DNA of 64,000 nucleotides from Leptonemataceae bacterium (GTDB lineage Bacteria; Spirochaetota; Leptospiria; Leptospirales; Leptonemataceae): NCBI GenBank assembly GCA_965227295.1, contig OZ245742.1, positions 128,001 to 192,000 of the forward strand, read 5' to 3'. Shown piece by piece: positions 57,646 to 64,000 of this stretch (position 1 is its first letter; each line of letters starts with the position of its first letter). The notes under the pieces were generated by a model. It saw only the letters and a program-made list of their open reading frames with translations, ran no database searches and was not told where the DNA came from. The position numbers and the translations under genes were made by a program.

Positions 57646-57703
57646 CACATGCCCGATCAGGAAACGGTTTACAGGACGCCCCCGATCCTTACGCTGGATT
57701 TGT

Positions 57704-58477
57704 ATGAAGGTGGTAATCCTCGCCGGCGGTCGCGGCACGCGGATCAGCGAAGAGAGCGTCCTGAAACCCAAGCCCATGATCGAAATCGGCGGCAAGCCGA
57801 TTCTCTGGCACATCATGAAACTCTACAGCGCTCACGGGCTGCACGACTTCATCATCTGCTGCGGTTACAGGGGCTACATCATCAAAGAATACTTCTCGAA
57901 CTACTTCCTGCACAACGCCGACGTTACGTTCGACATGGCCCGCAACGAAGTCGAAGTGCATCACAAAAAGGCCGAGCCCTGGCGCGTCACCCTCGTGGAT
58001 ACGGGCGAAGACACCATGACCGGCGGGCGCTTGGGCCGCGTGCGCGAGTACATCGGCGGCGAGACTTTTTGTTTCACTTACGGCGACGGCCTGGCCGACG
58101 TGGACATTCGTGGGTCGGTGGACTTCCATCGCAAACACGAGCGCAAGGCCACCGTAACGGCCGTGGTTCCCCCGGGACGCTTCGGCGCTCTGATCATGGG
58201 AGCCGACAACGACGTTACCGCCTTTCAGGAGAAGCCGCCCGGCGACGGCGGCTACATCAACGGTGGTTTCTTCGTGCTGGAGCCGTCAGTCATCGACTAC
58301 ATTCGCGGCGACGACGAAATCTTCGAAAAACATCCCATGGAGAGCCTGGCCCGGGACGGTGAGATGACGGCCTTTCGCCACGACGGTTTCTGGCATCCCA
58401 TGGATACCCTGCGCGACAAGAATCATCTCGAAAACCTCTGGTCGAACGGCAAGGCTCCCTGGAAACTCTGGGACTGA
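57704..58477 (+). CDS. rfbF: Glucose-1-phosphate cytidylyltransferase
   Basis: [44 protein letters not shown]. Confidence 0.96.
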   Translation: MKVVILAGGRGTRISEESVLKPKPMIEIGGKPILWHIMKLYSAHGLHDFIICCGYRGYIIKEYFSNYFLHNADVTFDMARNEVEVHHKKAEPWRVTLVDTGEDTMTGGRLGRVREYIGGETFCFTYGDGLADVDIRGSVDFHRKHERKATVTAVVPPGRFGALIMGADNDVTAFQEKPPGDGGYINGGFFVLEPSVIDYIRGDDEIFEKHPMESLARDGEMTAFRHDGFWHPMDTLRDKNHLENLWSNGKAPWKLWD

Positions 58478-58488
58478 GGTACAAGTAC

Positions 58489-59553
58489 ATGCCGGATCAC
58501 AGCTTCTGGAAAGACCGCCGCGTCCTCGTTACCGGTCACACCGGTTTCAAAGGCAGCTGGCTGTGCTTTTGGCTTAATATAATGGGAGCGAAAGTTAGTG
58601 GCTACGCCCTGGAGCCGCCGACGAAGCCGTCCCTGTTCGAACAACTGCAACTCGAACATGACATGGCCTCAATCATCGGCGATGTCCGCGACCTGGAAAA
58701 GGTCAGCCGCGTCTTCGAAGAAAGCCGCCCGGAAGTCGTCATTCACATGGCGGCGCAGTCCCTGGTGCGTCCTTCCTACGAGGATCCGGTACTCACCTAC
58801 GGCGTAAACCTCATGGGCACGGTGCATATTCTCGAAGCCGCCAGGGGCCGCAAAGATCTGAAAGCCGTATTGATCGTCACCACCGATAAATGCTACGAAA
58901 ACCGCGAATGGAACTGGGCCTATCGCGAGAACGAACCCATGGGCGGTTTCGATCCCTACTCCAGTTCCAAGGCCTGCGCGGAGCTGGCCACGGCCGCCTA
59001 CCGGAACTCGTTTTTCGAAAACCGTCCTGGCCCGGCGGTCGCCTCGGCCCGCGCCGGCAACGTCATCGGCGGCGGCGACCGGGCCCGGGACCGTCTCGTT
59101 CCGGACTGCCTTCACGCGCTGCTAACTGACACTCCTCTAATCTTAAGGAATCCCGCAGCCGTTCGCCCGTGGCAACACGTGCTCGAACCCCTGAGCGGTT
59201 ATCTGCGCCTGGTTGAGGCTCTCTGGGCTCGTCCCGAAGAACATGCCCGCGCTTACAACTTCGGCCCCGGCGTGGAAAGCGAGCGATCCGTGGAATGGGT
59301 GTCACGCCGGCTCTACGAAACCTACGGGAGTGAGTTTCGCTACGAGATGCCCGAGGGCGCGCAGCCCCACGAAGCGCATTCGCTGAAACTGGACTCCGCC
59401 GAAGCCCGGGTACGCCTGGGCTGGAATCCGCGCTGGGATCTGCGTACGGCGCTGGAGAAAATCGTGGACTGGACAAAGGTGGAACGCGACGAAGGAGACC
59501 TGCGCGCCGTCACCCGGGAACATATCGAGGCCTACCAACTTGCAGGCGACTGA
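58489..59553 (+). CDS. rfbG: CDP-glucose 4,6-dehydratase
   Basis: VTGHTGFKGSWL, TTDKCYEN, DPYSSSK, RPWQHVLEPL. Confidence 0.96.
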   Translation: MPDHSFWKDRRVLVTGHTGFKGSWLCFWLNIMGAKVSGYALEPPTKPSLFEQLQLEHDMASIIGDVRDLEKVSRVFEESRPEVVIHMAAQSLVRPSYEDPVLTYGVNLMGTVHILEAARGRKDLKAVLIVTTDKCYENREWNWAYRENEPMGGFDPYSSSKACAELATAAYRNSFFENRPGPAVASARAGNVIGGGDRARDRLVPDCLHALLTDTPLILRNPAAVRPWQHVLEPLSGYLRLVEALWARPEEHARAYNFGPGVESERSVEWVSRRLYETYGSEFRYEMPEGAQPHEAHSLKLDSAEARVRLGWNPRWDLRTALEKIVDWTKVERDEGDLRAVTREHIEAYQLAGD

Positions 59554-59599
59554 ACGCTAAGATGCTGGACGCCACGGCCAGGCGCTGAAATGCTCACGT

Positions 59600-61198
59600 A
59601 TGCAGAATGCCGGGAACAATCTCGCCGTCCGTAAGGGTGGACTGTATCGCATCCAGATTCCTTTCGCCGTCGACGGCAAAACCGAACACACAGCCCTGGC
59701 TCTCTGCGAGGCCACTGCCGGTGGGCTCGCAGACTTCGGCCTCCTGGCGAGCGACGGCAGCGTGGACCCGGAACAATGTTTGCGCCTCCCGGCCTCGGTA
59801 GCGATCGAAGCGATCGGGGACGCAGAAACGGCACAATTGGAGTCCGCTTTACGCGAACGCACTGTAGCCGCCGCCCGTCGACACTACGAAGTCAAACATC
59901 GCAAACATGCGGCGAGCGCAAGTCAGTCCGACGATGGACACACGGGGCCGATTCCGTACGCCGGGCGGGTCTTCGACGATGAAGACGTGGCCAACCTGGT
60001 GCACGCGTCTCTGGATTTCTGGCTTACCGCCGGCCGATTTACGGCACAGTTCGAAAAGGATATGGCAAAGTATCTGGGCCTGCGCTCGGTGCTCTTAACG
60101 AACTCGGGCTCCTCGGCCAATCTGCTCGCGTTTTCCGCGCTCACTTCACCGCTCCTGAAAGAGCGCCGCTTGCAAAAGGGAGACGAGGTCATCTCGGTGG
60201 CAGCCGGCTTTCCTTCGACCATCACACCCATCATTCAGAACGGTTGTGTCCCGGTGTTTGTGGACGTCGAGTTGCCGTACTATAACATCGATTGCTCCCA
60301 ACTGGAAGCCGCCCTTTCCCCCCGTACGCGAGCCGTCATGCTCGCGCATACTTTAGGCAATCCCTTCGATCTCGAAAAAATCCGGGCCTTTTGCGATCAG
60401 CACAACCTCTGGCTCATCGAAGACAATTGCGACGCCCTGGGTTCCGAGTACGATCTGAACGGCGAAACGAAACTTACGGGCACCATCGGCCACCTGGGCA
60501 CTTCGAGTTTTTATCCGCCGCATCACATGACCATGGGCGAGGGTGGCGCGGTCTACACCCACGATCCGCTACTCAAGCGCATCGTGGCGTCGTTCCGGGA
60601 CTGGGGACGGGACTGCTGGTGCGATCCGGGCATGGACAATACCTGCGGCAAACGATTTGACTGGTCCCTCGGCGAACTACCCGCGGGCTACGATCACAAG
60701 TACATCTACTCGCACTTCGGCTACAATCTCAAAGTTACCGACATGCAGGCGGCGGTCGGCTGTAGTCAGTTACAAAAGTTGCCCTCGTTCGTAGCCGCCC
60801 GCCGCAAGAACTGGGAGTACCTGCGCGCAAACCTGAACGAGCTGCAAGACGTCATGGTTCTGCCCGAGCCCGCACCGAACTCGCGTCCGAGCTGGTTCGG
60901 TTTTCTGCTTACGATTCGCCCGGAAAGCGGCCTGCGCCGGGAGGCGATCGTCCGCCACCTGGAGTCGAAGGGCATCCAGACCCGCATGTTGTTCGCGGGT
61001 AACTTTCTGCGGCATCCGGCCTTCGACGATCTGCGTGGGAACAAGCAGGCCTACCGCGTTATCGGCGATCTACCGGTGACCGACACGATCATGAACCATA
61101 CGTTCTGGGTGGGCGTGTACCCGGGGATGACCGAAGCCATGCTGGAAGTGATGGTTAAAGAACTGAAATCGGCGACTCAGAGCGGTGTTACACACTAA
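59600..61198 (+). CDS. rfbH: CDP-4-keto-6-deoxyglucose 3-dehydrase (E1) with N-terminal extension
   Basis: [30 protein letters not shown] (His in place of the PLP Lys), DWGRDCWC...NTC Fe-S motif, YDHKYIYSH. Confidence 0.95.
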   Translation: MQNAGNNLAVRKGGLYRIQIPFAVDGKTEHTALALCEATAGGLADFGLLASDGSVDPEQCLRLPASVAIEAIGDAETAQLESALRERTVAAARRHYEVKHRKHAASASQSDDGHTGPIPYAGRVFDDEDVANLVHASLDFWLTAGRFTAQFEKDMAKYLGLRSVLLTNSGSSANLLAFSALTSPLLKERRLQKGDEVISVAAGFPSTITPIIQNGCVPVFVDVELPYYNIDCSQLEAALSPRTRAVMLAHTLGNPFDLEKIRAFCDQHNLWLIEDNCDALGSEYDLNGETKLTGTIGHLGTSSFYPPHHMTMGEGGAVYTHDPLLKRIVASFRDWGRDCWCDPGMDNTCGKRFDWSLGELPAGYDHKYIYSHFGYNLKVTDMQAAVGCSQLQKLPSFVAARRKNWEYLRANLNELQDVMVLPEPAPNSRPSWFGFLLTIRPESGLRREAIVRHLESKGIQTRMLFAGNFLRHPAFDDLRGNKQAYRVIGDLPVTDTIMNHTFWVGVYPGMTEAMLEVMVKELKSATQSGVTH

Positions 61199-61204
61199 TC
61201 GTAT

Positions 61205-61777
61205 ATGTTCGAATCCTTAGAACGCACGGCCATACCCGGATGTTTCTTGCTGCGGCCCGTGGTTCGCGGCGACTCACGGGGTACCTTCGTTAAGACGTTC
61301 CACAACGAAACCTTCTCACAACACAGCCTGGCCGATCGCTTCACCGAAGAGTACTTCTCGATTTCGAAGCAGGGCGTGCTCCGCGGCCTGCACTTCCAGC
61401 TTCCGCCCCACGATCATGCGAAGCTCGTGTGCGTGCTGCGCGGCCGCATCCATGACGTCGTCGTAGATTTACGGCGGGGCTCACCGACATACGGAAAACA
61501 TGCGAGCTTCGAAATCTCCGCCGACCTCGACGGCTACTGTATGCTTTACATTCCCCGCGGCCTGGCCCACGGTTTTTTCGCGCGGGAAGATCAGACGATC
61601 ATGCTCTATCATTGCACTACGGTCTACGCGCCCGACAGCGACACCGGTATACGCTGGGATTCGGCGGGTATCGACTGGCCCCTGGCCGGCATGACACCAA
61701 TTCTTTCGGAGCGGGACCGGACTTTCCCGGGCCTGGCGGAGTTTGATTCGCCGTTCCTGTACGAGGAACAAACATGA
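61205..61777 (+). CDS. rfbC: RmlC/RfbC-family NDP-sugar epimerase (probable CDP-sugar 5-epimerase)
   Basis: DSRGTF, GVLRGLHFQ, VVDLRRGSPTYG, IPRGLAHGF. Confidence 0.9.
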   Translation: MFESLERTAIPGCFLLRPVVRGDSRGTFVKTFHNETFSQHSLADRFTEEYFSISKQGVLRGLHFQLPPHDHAKLVCVLRGRIHDVVVDLRRGSPTYGKHASFEISADLDGYCMLYIPRGLAHGFFAREDQTIMLYHCTTVYAPDSDTGIRWDSAGIDWPLAGMTPILSERDRTFPGLAEFDSPFLYEEQT

Positions 61778-62673
61778 AACTCCTCGTAACCGGATGCACG
61801 GGTTTCATCGGCTCGAACCTGGTCCGCGGTCTGGTGGATACCGGCCACACAGTACACGCCGTGGTGCGACCGTCTTCGGATCTGGCCATCCTCGGCGAAG
61901 CACGATCACGAATCACCACGCATGTTTTCGACGAAGGCAGCGGCGATCTCAGGCCCATCGTATCCGCGGCACAGCCGGACGTGGTGTTACATCTGGCCTC
62001 GCTCTATCTTACGCATCACAAACCTGAACAAACCGCCGACCTCGTTCGCTCCAACGTACTTTTTGGCACGTTGCTCCTGGAGGCCATGCACGAGTGCGAT
62101 GTACGCCGTCTGATAAATACCGGCACCACCTGGCAGCACTTCGAGGACGGAACGTATGATCCCGTGAATCTGTACGCCGCGACGAAGCAGGCCTTTCAGG
62201 ATGTTGTCGAGTATTATGTGCGCGCGCGAAACTTTCAGGTCCTCACATTGAAACTCTCGGATACCTACGGGCCCGGCGATCCACGTCCGAAGATCTTTAA
62301 GCTTCTGCGTCGAACCGCGGAAAGCGGCGACATCCTGCGCATGTCCCCGGGCGAACAAAAGCTGGACCCTCTATACATCGACGACGCCGTCGCCGCTTTC
62401 CTGCGGGCCGTGGAACTTGTGAGTTCGGTACCGGAAGGCAATACCGGCCGGCACCAGATCTATGCGGCATTAACCGGAGACGCGCGTACCTTAAGAGAAA
62501 TCGTGGAATTGTTCAGCCGGGCCCTGGGCCGGGACATCTCCGTGGAATGGGGCGGATTGCCCTACCGTCCGCGGGAGGTATTCGCGCCGTACACCCGCGG
62601 CGAGAATATTCCTGGCTGGATGCCCGAGGTCGGCATCGAAGAGGGTTTACGACGTCTCGCAGAAGAAGGATGA
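61774..62673 (+). CDS. NAD-dependent CDP-3,6-dideoxyhexose 4-reductase (RfbJ/AscF-like SDR)
   Basis: TGCTGFIG, NLYAATK (YxxxK), DTYGPGDPRPK. Confidence 0.8.
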   Translation: MKLLVTGCTGFIGSNLVRGLVDTGHTVHAVVRPSSDLAILGEARSRITTHVFDEGSGDLRPIVSAAQPDVVLHLASLYLTHHKPEQTADLVRSNVLFGTLLLEAMHECDVRRLINTGTTWQHFEDGTYDPVNLYAATKQAFQDVVEYYVRARNFQVLTLKLSDTYGPGDPRPKIFKLLRRTAESGDILRMSPGEQKLDPLYIDDAVAAFLRAVELVSSVPEGNTGRHQIYAALTGDARTLREIVELFSRALGRDISVEWGGLPYRPREVFAPYTRGENIPGWMPEVGIEEGLRRLAEEG

Positions 62674-62686
62674 CCGGGCACCGTAC

Positions 62687-64000
62687 TCAGGTTCGGCCTT
62701 CTTGGTTCACTTCGTACGCAAACGCCTGGCCGTCGTCCCACAGTACGTTCATACCCGGCTCAATGTTCGCCTGCACGTGCAGGCGAAGGTGCAGGCAATC
62801 CTCAAGCACCGTGCCTTCCGGAAGGTGCTTTTTTCGGAAAACGCGACCCTCGCGATGATGAAAAAGCGGATAGTAGATGGAGCCGTAGGCCACAACCAGG
62901 CGCCCCGCAGGCTGTCCGTCGATCCATTCCAGCAGTTCGCGGACTGTACGCGTACCCGCATTGTTCCGACGCAGGAACAACTTCACAATCAACAAGAGAA
63001 CTTCCAGGCCGGCGACTATCGCTGCGAAAAGCCGCCAGTTCGGGTCCGCCAGGGCAAAACCGAAGACCACGGCCAGGGGAAACTTTGCGAAATGAAAGAA
63101 CTTGAACGGCCAGCCGATGGCCGAAAACCAGGAAATGGAATTGAGGACACCCCAGGCGGCCAAATACACCGCCGCGCCGGCGATCATGAACGGCATCGTG
63201 AACTGCACTGCGTCTTCGGGCGCGCCGATCGTGTTGCCGAACCAGGCAAGGAGTACGGGCAGCAGAATCAACAGGAGCGGTTCCGCCAGTTGATTGAAGT
63301 GATTGCGTCGAATACTCGTAAAGTAGGTCTTGATAATGTAAGCTTGAGTTTCGAAGAAACGAAAAACCCGCCCGCGAGAAATCAAAATAGAAAACAAAAA
63401 ACCCAGCACCACAACGATCAGAATCTCCGGTTGCAGGAATGCCTGGAAAATCATCCAGAGGATGAGCATTTGATACCCGAATTTCGAGGACAGAAAAATC
63501 GCCGTGACCAACGGAATACCGGCACCGTAGTAAAGATACGCGTAGGTCCCGAAAGCTTCCGAATCTGCATACAGCACTGCCAGGACGAAAAGTGCGTTCT
63601 GACACCAGGCGGCAAAGGCCCGGTGACCGAATGTTAGATTGCTGAGCGTACTGCCGCCGAACAGGAACACGGCCGCCGCGGCCAGGGATGCCTCCTCTTT
63701 CCAGGGAGTCGGCACGTAGTGATACGTGAGCGCAAGGACGAGAACGGCGCTCGCCGCTTCCAGCAGCGCCGGCATGTACGCTCGAATGCCCCGCGGGGGA
63801 AAGAACGCCGCCAGACGGTGAAAGAGGTACGGATAGTTATGCTGCATGGTCCCGGTCCAGCCCTCGGGATACGGCAGGCCGGTTTCACGAAACGCACGCA
63901 CGTGATTCAAGTGAAAGTACTCGTCGCTGTCCCAGAACACCGACCGATACCAAACCTGAAGCAGCAGGGCGGCCGCGATCAGAGACGCGGCACAGAGATA
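62687..64000 (-). CDS. Multi-pass membrane protein (possible GT-C-type modifier), 5'-truncated
   Basis: Frame is open to the window end; DSDEYFH and YPYLFH in the first loop; many TM segments. Confidence 0.6.
   Translation of the reverse strand, partial: YLCAASLIAAALLLQVWYRSVFWDSDEYFHLNHVRAFRETGLPYPEGWTGTMQHNYPYLFHRLAAFFPPRGIRAYMPALLEAASAVLVLALTYHYVPTPWKEEASLAAAAVFLFGGSTLSNLTFGHRAFAAWCQNALFVLAVLYADSEAFGTYAYLYYGAGIPLVTAIFLSSKFGYQMLILWMIFQAFLQPEILIVVVLGFLFSILISRGRVFRFFETQAYIIKTYFTSIRRNHFNQLAEPLLLILLPVLLAWFGNTIGAPEDAVQFTMPFMIAGAAVYLAAWGVLNSISWFSAIGWPFKFFHFAKFPLAVVFGFALADPNWRLFAAIVAGLEVLLLIVKLFLRRNNAGTRTVRELLEWIDGQPAGRLVVAYGSIYYPLFHHREGRVFRKKHLPEGTVLEDCLHLRLHVQANIEPGMNVLWDDGQAFAYEVNQEGRT

Noticed and set aside
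1-64000. Numerous long overlapping or antisense ORFs in the six-frame track (e.g. 6029-7129, 29977-31023, 42614-43567, 47998-49545)
   Set aside because: They are shadows of well-supported genes in GC-rich DNA, with Arg/Gly/Pro-rich translations and no motifs

Overview
A GC-rich, densely coding bacterial window. Several genes resemble Leptospira-type families: a TIGR04388-like giant Hint protein, a MORN/FecR lipoprotein and a membrane SpoIIE-TPR phosphatase. This suggests a Leptospirales spirochaete (inference). I found no rRNA, tRNA, CRISPR array or intact transposase/integrase. Highlights: (1) A 52-aa Pup/UBact-like modifier ending in GGE (51188-51346) lies 11 bp upstream of a PafA-family ligase that carries a transmembrane insertion (51358-53235). 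There are no proteasome, ARC or Dop genes in the window, so this is a candidate membrane-anchored pupylation-like system. (2) A 2211-aa polymorphic toxin has a Hint domain and a C-terminal minimal protein-kinase-like domain, followed by an AT-richer immunity candidate. (3) An 8-gene lipid-linked glycosylation cluster (16.2-25.1 kb) is led by a GT-C/phosphoribulokinase fusion and probably activates an unusual ketose/pentulose. It is bracketed by a 59-bp repeat of a flgG-like gene. (4) A tandem FlgG-domain protein carries a signal-peptide-like N-terminus. (5) An ECF41 (SigJ) locus has a visible cognate promoter. (6) A CDP-3,6-dideoxyhexose operon is present. (7) An adenylate cyclase pseudogene carries an internal deletion. 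All family calls come from reading motifs by eye; no database searches were run.
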